Under the pieces are notes generated by a model. The model saw only the letters and a list, made by a program, of their open reading frames with translations. It had not been told where the DNA came from and ran no database searches. Shown in pieces: positions 35,942 through 46,584 of a stretch of 64,000 nt of DNA (the stretch's first letter is position 1; the number at the start of each line of letters is the position of its first letter). The translations under genes and the position numbers were made by a program. Source of the DNA: Amoebidium appalachense (Eukaryota > Protista > Ichthyosporea); assembly GCA_963693365.1 (NCBI GenBank), contig CAVNZM010000010.1, positions 4,462,159 through 4,526,158 of the forward strand, in the 5' to 3' direction.

Positions 35942-38322
35942 TGTCCCACAATCAAAAGCTAAAAAAAGTTTTCCCTAGTTCTGGGCTGGAGACGGCAGCC
36001 GAATCTTGGGTGACCTGCCCTTGGTAATGCCAGTGTATGAACACACGTGCAATGATGTCATGCTCTCTTGACACGGGTAGTAAACATGTCACCCCACAAT
36101 GTACATGGTTGCGGAAATCGAACTTTGGAACGCATAATATCTACAGTTGTCTTCACTGATGTCACTTGCTTAAATGTTTCTCTGGATATTACTATGGAAT
36201 AACTTTTTTCTAAGACCTATAGATTGCATGTGGCGCAAGACACGGTCGTCTGTTACGTACAAAACGTCAATCCTTATCCCCCCCCTCCCCCCTCTCCGGG
36301 GCGTCCTATAAGTTGCGCCTATGGCCACTGACCGCCTCTTCCCCCCCCCCCCCCCCCCCCCCCCTTCCCCCCGGCCCCCTAACACACACACACGTGAGCA
36401 CATGCACACACCCGGACTCCGTGGCACACACATGTACGTACACCCCCACTCGCCCACCCACAAGCCTAGAATGAGCCTTCTCCCTCCCTCACCTCTCTCT
36501 CTCTCAAGAGAGTCCCTCTCCCCTCCCCCCCCCCCCCCCCCCTACTCCCCCTCCCTACACACCCACACACCCAGACACACACAAAAAAAACACATGGTAC
36601 AAACACATACACATGCAAGCACACATGTACACACTTACACACACGCACACACAACGACACAAGGGCAGCAAAGGATATGATATCTATGCCTTGCATAATT
36701 GCACTGTTGTCCATCGTGAATACATACTTTGTGCTCTCCAACGCATCTAGATCCTCCCCCCCCCCCCCCCCCCCCCCCCTCCCCTCCCCCTCTTCCACCC
36801 CATCACGACCACCACCACCACCACACACACACAAACACGCACAGACACATGCATAACACACGCCAACACCACCACTTTATTTTCCCCCATTGTACACACA
36901 CGCAACCCTTCTTCTCCGTCTCTATCAATTTGGAATCCGCCGGGCCGTGTTTTTAGCGAAAAAGAATGTATTCAAGCTCTCTAAAAATCCCTCCCCACCT
37001 CCATCCCCTCTCCCTCCCCCCCCCCCCCCCCCCCCCCTCCCCCCCCCCCCCCCCCTCCCACCCTCCCACTCCCCGCTCCCCACCTTCTCCTCCTCTTTCC
37101 ACCTTCCGTACCACTGGGCACAATCACAAACTATTTCTCTCGTATCCCCCCCCTCCCAGCCCCCCTCCCCCTTCGCCCCAGGGGATGGGGTCTGCTTATG
37201 ATGCATAATTTTCATGTGTGCTTTGCGATTTGCACTGTGTTGTCCGCCATGAATGCGTACTTCGTACCCCGTATCGTATTTTAGCCCCTCCCCCCTCCCC
37301 CCTCCCGCCCCTTTCCCCCCTCTTCTCCTCCCCCTCCCCCTCTCCCCCCCCCCCCTTCCCCCCCCCCCCCCCTCCCTCACCCACCCACACACACACACAG
37401 ACCACCACCTGGCACCACCACCACAAAAAACAAACACTCACGCACACACCTGTCTGAGTCTCCAGGTGTAACCTAAAGGAACTACACGGACACACCGACC
37501 CATAGCAAATTTCGACGAGTCCAAGTAGCCGTAAGTGTGGCTAAAAACCATTACATTCCACACACACACACACACACGCACATGGTACGTTGTCCATAAC
37601 ATTATGGCTTCCTACTGGGTTTGGCATTAGAAATGATTTGGCACTCAGTCCAGACCAATAGGACTATCGACATCAACATGCAGTACTTGTTTTCGTTTTT
37701 TCGTTTTTGTTTTTGTTTTTGTTTTTTCCCCTCTTAACATCCTTTAGTCAGTTTCGTTTTCTTTTAGCCCCACATCTTTTTGCATTTCTGTTTTCACCAC
37801 CCAAAGCCCACCTAGGCTCATTTTCGGTTCGGTCTTCGCCTCTTCACCAGTGTAACCATCTTTGACGTCAGAATAGAAGCCCTTCCGGTGATCACCCGGC
37901 TGGTTTTTTTTTTTTTTGTTTTTTTTCTTGTCCCACAATCAAGGGCCCAAAAATTGTTCACAATACAAAAGGGCATGGAATGGCCGTTTCATTTCAAATT
38001 GGGTGACCTGCCCTTTGGCTTAGCCATGTCGCAGTGCATGAACAGACATGCATGGAAGAACGTCGCCCCATGCTGCTTGCCGAGGTTGAACTTACGAGAT
38101 GCATTTTGTCGTCGTTGCATCTGGGCGCTTAAAGACATGTTTTTTTGAGACACGGTCAGATATGTACGTGGTGAACACAGAGATTGCATTACGTGCTAAC
38201 AGCATAAGAACGGGAAAAATAGCTGCCCCCCCCCCCCCCCCCCCCCCCTCCCTCCCTCCCCCCCCCCCCCCCCCCCCCCCACCCACCCACCCACCCACCC
38301 ACCCACACACACACACACATAA

Positions 38323-38713
38323 GGGCCCGAACACATCGGCAGTCAACTTGCTCCGAGCAGAATTATTCTGCTAAAAGTAGAAGTATTCTGCAAAAGGCAG
38401 ATTTGATATTCTGTTGTGACACTGTGCAGAATTATCATACTTTGAGCAAAAGATCATTTTGCCTTTAGCAGAAATTTTCTGTAATAAGCATAACTATTCT
38501 GGTACAGCAGAATCATTCTGCTCACAGCAGTGATGCACGGTTTCAGAGCAGAATGATTTAGATTATCTCTGCTTATGCAGAATAACACTGCTTTTGCTGA
38601 GTATTTCTGCTTTTGGTCGGATAATTCTGGTATTAGTAATTCTGTTTTTTGCAGAATTTCAGCTCGGAGCAAGTTGATTCTGCCTAGTGGTGGGGCCCTC
38701 CCACACCACACAC

Positions 38714-38752
<39 letters not shown>

Positions 38753-38811
38753 AATTCTGTTTTTTGCAGATTTTCAGCTCGGAGCAAGTTGATTCTGCCT
38801 AGTGGTGGGGC

Positions 38812-38813
<2 letters not shown>
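38323..38813. mobile_element. PIF/Harbinger-like (Tourist-type) MITE with duplicated right end
   Basis: Left end TAA|GGGCCCGAACACATCGGCAGTCAACTTGCTCCGAGC is inverted against GCTCGGAGCAAGTTGATTCTGCCTAGTGGTGGGGCCC (ends 38698, repeated ending 38813). Many internal GCAGAAT/ATTCTGC sub-repeats. The right-hand TSD is not preserved. Confidence 0.7.
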
Positions 38814-38875
<62 letters not shown>

Positions 38876-39727
38876 CGTGTGGCACACACACATCGTCGAC
38901 GTCACACTAGATTAGAAACTGTTCCGTTGATCACCCGGCTCTATTTCATTTTTTTCTTCCCACAATCAAAGCTCAGAAAGTATCCCCGTCGTACTAATAC
39001 ACACGCACACCCCGGAATGTAATATCTTAACGAATACAAGTAGCCGTTTATTTAGTTATAGCGCAATATGTTCCACACACGTATGATGCGTTTTCCATTA
39101 TAGCTTCCGGCTACCGGGTTTTGCTTTAGAAACATGATAGTATAGCACTAGACTATCGATATCATTGACAACAATGGCATCGTTCCAGGCTGTGCTTTCT
39201 ACATGCCCTCTTAATCCCTACTCACGTTCGTGTTCCGTTTCTTTTTTTTTTTTTTTTCCTTTTTTTTTTTTTCATCCTTTTGTGTTTCGTTTTGTCTTGC
39301 CCTACATCTTTTATGTTTGTACTTTTACCACCCAGAGCCCACTAGGGTCCATTTTCGGTTCAGCTCTCCGGACTGAGTTTTTCCGGTCCCACAATCAAAA
39401 TCCCAAAAAGAACCACTTTCATTTTGGGCGTGAATTGACCATTTGATTAGGTGACCTGTCCTCAAAGTCAACCATGTAGTAAATGCATGAAAACACATGC
39501 AATCATAGATTGGATAACGCACAGAGGACTGTGGGGTTTACGCTGTTTACTCGAGGCAAAGAGAACCAGTCTCAGGTATGGGGGGGGGGGTTTTGCTCGG
39601 AATATCCCCTCAGCGGTATATCATGATCACGTACATAGATGTCGGGTGGTGACTATATATCAGGGTTTACTTTCTCTACGAGACACCATAAAGACTACAA
39701 GGAGAAATCAATTAGTTGGGGTTCCCC

Positions 39728-39770
<43 letters not shown>

Positions 39771-39841
39771 GGGCTCCCCTCGGGACACTCGGTATCAGCT
39801 GGTTGTGTGTGTGTGTGTGTTTGTGTGTGTGTGCGCGTGCG

Positions 39842-42800
39842 CTATAATTTTGTAGTGATGTGTTTCTCAAGCCAATCAATACATCTAATAAACAGGTCGT
39901 AGTTACGCGTGTTTAGTATAAAATCAAGGATGTTGTAATTTACAGGTAGGCTATCTTTCTGGGTGTCTGTTGTGAATGTGACGTGTGTGTGTTGCGGTAT
40001 TATGTGGTCTATCAAACTACATTTGGCGATACATGACCGGTTAAACTGGTGTGTGTGTGTGTTGTTTGGGCATGCAAATGATGCCACCTTATACTTATTA
40101 GATCTCCACTGTATAGCACGTGTACAGTAAAAGCGTGGTAATTGATCAATAATACCATCAGCTAGAGAAAGACCAGTTCTACAGGAAGGTAATATGTATT
40201 TAGGTGTTATACACTTGCGAGTGCCATATTTGGCAATATGGTTGAGGCGGTCAGTATATATAAAACGAGACATAAGGCTTAGTTTTTCAAGGTGTATGCT
40301 TTCATCGGGTCTAGTGTCGTGTGGTATCTTTTTCCATTTGTTATATTGCGTGATTATCTTGTGATTGTGTACATGTTTAATAAGTAAGTGGCAGTCCAAA
40401 GTCACACACACACTATTGCGGGGTTTATTTGTATTTGTGCCCAGGGGAGAAGGGGAGAGAGAGGGGAGGAAAGAGGGGAGAGGTGAGGAGGGGACAGGTC
40501 GGATAGAGAAGAGAGGGTGGGAGGGCAAATACTTCTTTAAGCGGCTTATGTGCTTATTGAATTTCAGCGCGAGATAGGATACTCTAGCAGCTATTGGGAC
40601 CAGACCATATATCGAGAGCGTTACAGGCCCAGGTTTACAACAGTTGTTAGATAGAAAGGAGGCAACTTCTGCTTCAAGGAAATTTGCCAAGGGTTTAAGC
40701 GCTCTAGTTCTCTCTTTCTTGATCCAAGCGGCGAGAAGGGGTAAACCATATTCACATGCCGGGAAGACAAAAGTGCGAATAAATGTAAGTCTAATAGAAG
40801 GATGGAGGGGTGTGTCTTTAAAAATATTAGCCGAGAAGAAAGCTAACCGCTTACGAGCCAACTCTACCCTCTTTTCGACCATATGGGGAAACATAACACC
40901 AACAGAATCAACCGGAACACCAAGATATTTGTATTCTGGAACTATAGGTACAGGTTTAGATGATAATGTAAATGTGTGTAAATTGTTAGCTATATCAGGT
41001 ACAAGAACACCACATTTGTCTATGTTAAGGATCATAAGGTTTGCCTTGCACCACTCTGACACTACATCGAACAATCTTTGCAGGCGTCTAGGGGTACGGG
41101 CAAGGAGGGACAGATCATCAGCATAGAGAAGTGCAGGCGGAAAGTTATTAATAGGGTCATCGTTTTCGGCGTAAATCTTGACAGCCAAATCATCTATAAA
41201 TAGGTTAAACAAAAAGGGGCTAAGCAATGAACCCTGCAAGAGACCTCTAGTACGAGCAAAACCATATGAAAGATGCCCATTAACCACAGCTCTACCATAG
41301 GTTTGAGACAAGAGTGCTTCTAACAGAACACCAATGCAGTGTGGTACACCCCGTGCAGCAAGCTTTTCCCATAGGAGACCAGGGGAGACAGAATCGTAAG
41401 CAGTTTTCCAATCAATAAAGCCAACATATTGTGCACCAACTTGCATAGAATCGTGCAGTGCCATTATTTGAACATAACATGAATTGTTTTTACGAAAAGC
41501 GGATTGGCATGGGTGTATGTGAAGAATAGATTGAAACCTAGGGTGATGTGCAAATAACCTAAGTAAGCAAGCTTCAAAGAATCTACGAACAACCTGGGTT
41601 AGTGTAATGGGGCGAAAGGATGATATGGGGCCCTCAGAGTCCTTCTTAACTATGGGGATCACTAAGGTATCTAACCAAGATGACGGGACATGTCCACATT
41701 TAACACACCAAGAAAAGAGAGAGCTTAACATGATAGTAAGATCAGGTTTAATAGCACGATCACTTTCCTTTTGTGGGTAGGAGGGAACAAGGATTTTAAG
41801 AAACCCAGCAGGGAGTCCATCAGGTCCACAAGACTTACTAGAGCTATAACTAGATATCACAGACCATATGGCATCGGGACTGAAAAAGGGGAGGATCGAT
41901 TCTATGGGGATAGATGGGTCTACAGGCCACACAATAGGTTTCTGAGCGGGGGTCCTATCTTTAAACAGTTCCGAGAAATACTTATCAGAGTCTATGAGGG
42001 GGTCTCCAGTGGTATCACCAATAATACGAGCAGGGGGGCCAAATCGATTCATACTAGCAAGCCGGCGCAAGCTTTCCTTTTGAGACAGGGGTTCACCTAG
42101 TCTAGCGGGAGTGGTGTTTGGTAACAAGAGAGCATCGGGGTATTCCTTCCTACCACCGCCAGCATAATCACCGAGATCTATCAAATCATCAACAATAAAG
42201 TTAGTGCATGTATCTAGTACGAGATGTGAATCTGGCCTGGCTTGTGCAGATTCTAATAGGCGCATATATATAGGGTGTTTCGTAGCATAGCATACACATA
42301 CATCAACTCTACCCCACTGTGACTTAAGCTGGGATAGACGGAGGTGAAAGGTGGGAGGGGGAGGGGGGAGCAGATCAAGGGAGATCTTAGGTAGGAAAAG
42401 GATAGGAGAGTGGTCAGATGACCTAGAGAGGTTAGGAGGGAGAGAGAGTTTTGACATGGTTGATGGCCAAAAGGCCACTCCCCAGTCGGTGTTGTGGGCA
42501 TGGGATATTTGAGGGAACCGCAAAGTGTGACTTTGGACATACCTTGCTAAAGGGATAGCACGCTCCGGGGGCTTAGATGGGTACCCGACACTCACTTGCA
42601 GTGTGTCTGTGTGGTGGAGTCGCGTGTTAAAATCACCTAAAATAACAGTGGACATTGGTAACTGTGACAACTCGTGAGTCAATTCGACAACCGACATAGA
42701 TGGTGGGTAATATACAAAAGTAAAAACATTAGAAAGAAACTCTATAGAAACCGAGAATTCCGTTTTTGCTACCGGTTTGCACTTCACTCTCACGTGTGGT

Positions 42801-43036
42801 GCGGCAAGTACAATAATGCCTCGGTTTTTCGCGTAACCGGGGTGTGTGGATGTGTCGACCAATGTAGAGTTGAATTTGTGGTGGTTTTTAAACTGTGTTT
42901 CGCAAATCACTGTAAACGTGTGGTTGTTTGTCTGTTGTTGTATGTAGCTGATTTTATCGTCGAGTGTCCCGGGGGGGAGGCCCTTTTGGGGGCCCAGTGT
43001 CCGAGCATTCCAGAAGAAGAAGGATAAATTAGGCAT
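39842..43036 (-). CDS. LINE ORF2: apurinic-like endonuclease, reverse transcriptase and a Cys/His-rich C-terminus (1064 aa)
   Basis: APE motifs: FFWNARTL, ICETQ, VYYPP, ILGDFN, SDHSPI. RT motifs: KSCGPDG, FRPITL, QSAFR, FIDWKTAYDSV, GLLQGSLLSPFLFNLFIDDL, LLYADD, YKYLGV. C-terminus: CPNNTHTHQFNRSCIAKC. Confidence 0.96.
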   Translation of the reverse strand: MPNLSFFFWNARTLGPQKGLPPGTLDDKISYIQQQTNNHTFTVICETQFKNHHKFNSTLVDTSTHPGYAKNRGIIVLAAPHVRVKCKPVAKTEFSVSIEFLSNVFTFVYYPPSMSVVELTHELSQLPMSTVILGDFNTRLHHTDTLQVSVGYPSKPPERAIPLARYVQSHTLRFPQISHAHNTDWGVAFWPSTMSKLSLPPNLSRSSDHSPILFLPKISLDLLPPPPPTFHLRLSQLKSQWGRVDVCVCYATKHPIYMRLLESAQARPDSHLVLDTCTNFIVDDLIDLGDYAGGGRKEYPDALLLPNTTPARLGEPLSQKESLRRLASMNRFGPPARIIGDTTGDPLIDSDKYFSELFKDRTPAQKPIVWPVDPSIPIESILPFFSPDAIWSVISSYSSSKSCGPDGLPAGFLKILVPSYPQKESDRAIKPDLTIMLSSLFSWCVKCGHVPSSWLDTLVIPIVKKDSEGPISSFRPITLTQVVRRFFEACLLRLFAHHPRFQSILHIHPCQSAFRKNNSCYVQIMALHDSMQVGAQYVGFIDWKTAYDSVSPGLLWEKLAARGVPHCIGVLLEALLSQTYGRAVVNGHLSYGFARTRGLLQGSLLSPFLFNLFIDDLAVKIYAENDDPINNFPPALLYADDLSLLARTPRRLQRLFDVVSEWCKANLMILNIDKCGVLVPDIANNLHTFTLSSKPVPIVPEYKYLGVPVDSVGVMFPHMVEKRVELARKRLAFFSANIFKDTPLHPSIRLTFIRTFVFPACEYGLPLLAAWIKKERTRALKPLANFLEAEVASFLSNNCCKPGPVTLSIYGLVPIAARVSYLALKFNKHISRLKKYLPSHPLFSIRPVPSSPLPSFLPSLSPSPLGTNTNKPRNSVCVTLDCHLLIKHVHNHKIITQYNKWKKIPHDTRPDESIHLEKLSLMSRFIYTDRLNHIAKYGTRKCITPKYILPSCRTGLSLADGIIDQLPRFYCTRAIQWRSNKYKVASFACPNNTHTHQFNRSCIAKCSLIDHIIPQHTHVTFTTDTQKDSLPVNYNILDFILNTRNYDLFIRCIDWLEKHITTKL

Positions 43037-44213
43037 CGGTTTGGTCCGACACCTGTGGGGTTGGTTCCCACTTGTCGCTTACGGGGTCGTATGCACGACC
43101 TTCCGCCAGCGCGAACAGTTCGCAGAAGAGCTCGATTTCCATCTCGCATCGGCGTTTGCGCTCGAGCAGTTTCTCACCAGAAAACATTGGTTCCTTCGTG
43201 TCCGTGTCTATCACGCTCGTAGCATCGTTTTCCAACTTTGCGAGGAACTCTTTTGCCTTGCTGATGCGTACACGACAACGTGTGGCGCACGCATTCTTAG
43301 CAGACACTTTACGTTCTTTGTCTGCTTTCTGAATGTTTTCCGGCGCGCATGGGTCGTAGCTTGGGAGGTGGGTGAAGAAGCTTCCACACCCCTTTGTCGC
43401 GTCACGGATGAACGCACGGTTATAGTCGCCCCGTACTGCTACTTCCAGCACATCGTATCCAATGAAGGACAGACAAAGGATGCGAGAGCACCGGAAGCCG
43501 AGAGCCTTGAAGATGGACCACATGGCCCTGTGTGGGCGTCTGCCGTGCTTGACTTTGAAATACACCCTCTCGTATTTGGGTGGGATGTTGATGTTACCGT
43601 TTGCTTGGGTGTTCCCCTTAGCCGGCGGTTTGGGAGGGGAGTTGCGGCGGTACTCGTTGCCTGCAAGAATGCTGGCATATGTTTCCTTGGCAATTTGGCG
43701 GAGCTCGGGTGTTTTACGAGAGTTCGCATATTCTAGGAACTCTGCCGGGAGCTGTGCTTCCGGTCCTGTGTTGTTTTGTGTTGGGGTGGAAATGTCTCCG
43801 TCGCGAGATGTTTGCTCATGAGTTTTGGGGTTTTGCGATCCACTAATGTTTAGCTGGGCTGTGAGTGAATCAATGGTGAGCTTGAGTTGGGTATTTTCTG
43901 TTTGGAGTTTTTCTATCATGTTCTTGAGTGGTAACAGCTCATTTAGCTGTTTCTTAACGAGGGCAAGTTCTGCCAGTACTGTATCAACCGAAAGTTTCGG
44001 CATGGTTGTTATTGTGTTTCTACGGAGTGGTGTGGTGTTATTCTGAATGGGTAGTGTATTGTAAATAGGTGTTGCGCTTAGTCTAAGGCGATGTTTTTCT
44101 GGTTGTGCATCTGTGGTAGGTGTATCTGCTGGACGTTTTAATGGTCGCACATGTGTGATGGGTGTAGATGGAACTTTGAAAGAGGTTCTGAAACGATTAT
44201 AGGCATGTGCCAT
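43029..44213 (-). CDS. LINE ORF1 (coiled coil plus RRM-like nucleic-acid-binding region, 394 aa)
   Basis: Lies directly upstream of ORF2 and overlaps it by 8 nt (ATGCCTAA). Heptad region LKNMIEKLQTENTQLKLTIDSLTAQL; ORF1-like segment YERVYFKV...FKALGFRCSRILCLSFIGYDVLEVAVRGDY...LPSYDP. Confidence 0.85.
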   Translation of the reverse strand: MAHAYNRFRTSFKVPSTPITHVRPLKRPADTPTTDAQPEKHRLRLSATPIYNTLPIQNNTTPLRRNTITTMPKLSVDTVLAELALVKKQLNELLPLKNMIEKLQTENTQLKLTIDSLTAQLNISGSQNPKTHEQTSRDGDISTPTQNNTGPEAQLPAEFLEYANSRKTPELRQIAKETYASILAGNEYRRNSPPKPPAKGNTQANGNINIPPKYERVYFKVKHGRRPHRAMWSIFKALGFRCSRILCLSFIGYDVLEVAVRGDYNRAFIRDATKGCGSFFTHLPSYDPCAPENIQKADKERKVSAKNACATRCRVRISKAKEFLAKLENDATSVIDTDTKEPMFSGEKLLERKRRCEMEIELFCELFALAEGRAYDPVSDKWEPTPQVSDQTDA

Positions 44214-44554
44214 GACATGGATGGGGGTGTTCCCCGGCCCTTAGGGCCACGGATGGCCTGGTTTAGGGGTGGATGCGCGAAGGATACTATTTATTAGCAG
44301 ATAATAAAGAGCGACATTTGAATCGATGTGTGCGACTGAATCCACCCCATATTGGTTGCTGAATTCGAGCTCGAAATGCATCATGTCGTCTTATAATACG
44401 GGTAATAAAAGACCAGTTTTCCCGACTGCATTCAGCACGCGAAACACAGTCAGATAGAATACATGTTGAACACAAAGATTGCATTACGTGCTAACAGCAT
44501 ATCACTGAAAAACAGTGCCCCCCCTCCCCCCCCCCCTGCCCAGGTCCAATTTGC

Positions 44555-44630
<76 letters not shown>

Positions 44631-44662
44631 CCCCCCAACCCCCCACCCCCATTTCACCCCTA

Positions 44663-44704
<42 letters not shown>

Positions 44705-44755
44705 TGCATCACACCTGCCCACACCCACCGACACGCCGTCTACCCACACACCCAG

Positions 44756-44832
<77 letters not shown>

Positions 44833-44867
44833 CCCACACGCACACACACATACAAAAGCACACATTA

Positions 44868-45258
44868 GGGGCAAACCACAGTGGCTGTCAACTTGCTCCA
44901 GGCAGGCAGAACTGTTCTGCAACGAATTTTTCTGCAAAAAGCAGAATTATACAGCAAAGCAGAATTATTCTGCTCTGTGCAGATTTACCATACTTTGAGC
45001 AGAATCATTTTGAGTTTAGCAGACTGGATATGTAAAAAGCAGAGGTAAAAGTTAGTACCGCAGAATCGTTCTGCTCACAGCAGCAGAATCAACTTGCTCT
45101 AAGCAGAATAATTCTGCTTTTAGAAGAATAACTCTGGTTTGACAGAAGCTGCTTTGGCCGAGTATTTCTGTTTTTTGCCGACAATTCTGCTTTTTTTGAT
45201 TCTGTTTTTATCAGAATTTCCGCTCGAAGAAAGTTGATCTGCCGATGTGGTTAGGCCC
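44868..45258. mobile_element. Second, diverged copy of the Harbinger-like MITE
   Basis: TTA|GGGGCAAACCACAGTGGCTGTCAACTTGCTCC ... AAGTTGATCTGCCGATGTGGTTAGGCCC, with the same GCAGAAT sub-repeats and the same position within the macro-repeat unit. Confidence 0.65.
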
Positions 45259-45261
45259 ACA

Positions 45262-45322
<61 letters not shown>

Positions 45323-45347
45323 ATACACACACACGCACGCACGCACG

Positions 45348-45427
<80 letters not shown>

Positions 45428-46119
45428 GCACGCACGCACGCACGCACGCGCGCACACACACACACACACACGCACGCGCGCCCGTGCACACATCATCCAC
45501 GTGTAGTACTAATTAAAACCTGTTTCGGTGATCACCCGGCCATGTTTCACTTATTTTTTGTCCCACAATCAAAGTTTCAAAAAGTATCCCCCTTGAACTA
45601 GGCTAGGACTGCAGCTAAATTTTGGGTGACCTGCTCTCAGCAAGTGGGGATGTACGTGCATGAACACATATGCAACATGTCCCCCCATAATTATGTAGGG
45701 CATACTGTCCGGACACGGGCATCACAGGTCGCCCCGGATATACATGGTTGCAAAATTCGAAATTTGAAATTATTATAATAATCTATGGTAATCATGTCAC
45801 CTGCTTTGAGTCTAGGTACACAAAAAAACGATTTCCTCTAGATGCATGTGGCGCACAGCCGCTTGACTCGTACAATGTCATCATGAACCGTTGACAGGCA
45901 TAGCACGATGTATTATACAGATGCACAATACTCACAGATCCCCCCCCCCTCCCCCCCCCTGCCTCCCCCCCCTCCTCCCCCCCCCCCCCCCCCTCCCCCC
46001 TCCCCCCCTCCCCCCCGGTGACCTATGATTCACAAACACGCACGTGCTTCAGTGCTTACCCACTACACATACCCCCGGGCCGGATCCCCCACCCGCCCAC
46101 CCACATGCCTAGACTGAAG

Positions 46120-46168
<49 letters not shown>

Positions 46169-46552
46169 CGCCCGCCCGCCCGCCCCGCCCCGCCCGCCCG
46201 CCCGCCCGCCCGCCCACACGCTCTCCCGCCCGCCCGCCCGCCCCGCCCGCCCGCCCGCCCGTCCACCCGCCTGCCCAAACAAACATACAACCCAACACAC
46301 ACTATAAAGAGTGACATGCGAGCACACATGCACACACACAACTGTCAACCCCCCTCACAGCACACACACACACACACACACACGGCAACAAAGGATAGGA
46401 TGTGCATGCTTTGCATAACTTGCATTGCATTGTCCTTTGTGAATATGTACCGTACTGTAGTTCTGTGACGCATCCCCCCCCCCCCCCCCCCCCCCCCCCC
46501 CGGCCCAACACCACCACCACCGCCACCACACACACACACACACACACACAAA

Positions 46553-46584
<32 letters not shown>

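Larger units (their letters stand above)
39532..44333 (-). mobile_element. Full-length two-ORF non-LTR retrotransposon (APE-type LINE)
   Basis: ORF1 and ORF2 are intact. Candidate 5-bp TSD GACTG at 39527-39531 and 44334-44338; the joined flanks restore a macro-repeat unit. The 3' end matches the copy at 10021. Confidence 0.9.

Noticed and set aside
39532-39810. Hammerhead, hairpin or group I ribozyme in the LINE 3' UTR
   Set aside because: There is no CUGANGA..GAAA core. AGAGAAA..GAUAUAUAGUC resembles hairpin loop B or the group I S element only loosely, and the partner elements are missing.
44214-44350. HDV-like ribozyme at the LINE 5' end
   Set aside because: The GGGGUGGAU/AUCCACCCC stem uses flanking host sequence, and there is no P1.1 GG or recognisable P3/P4 arrangement.
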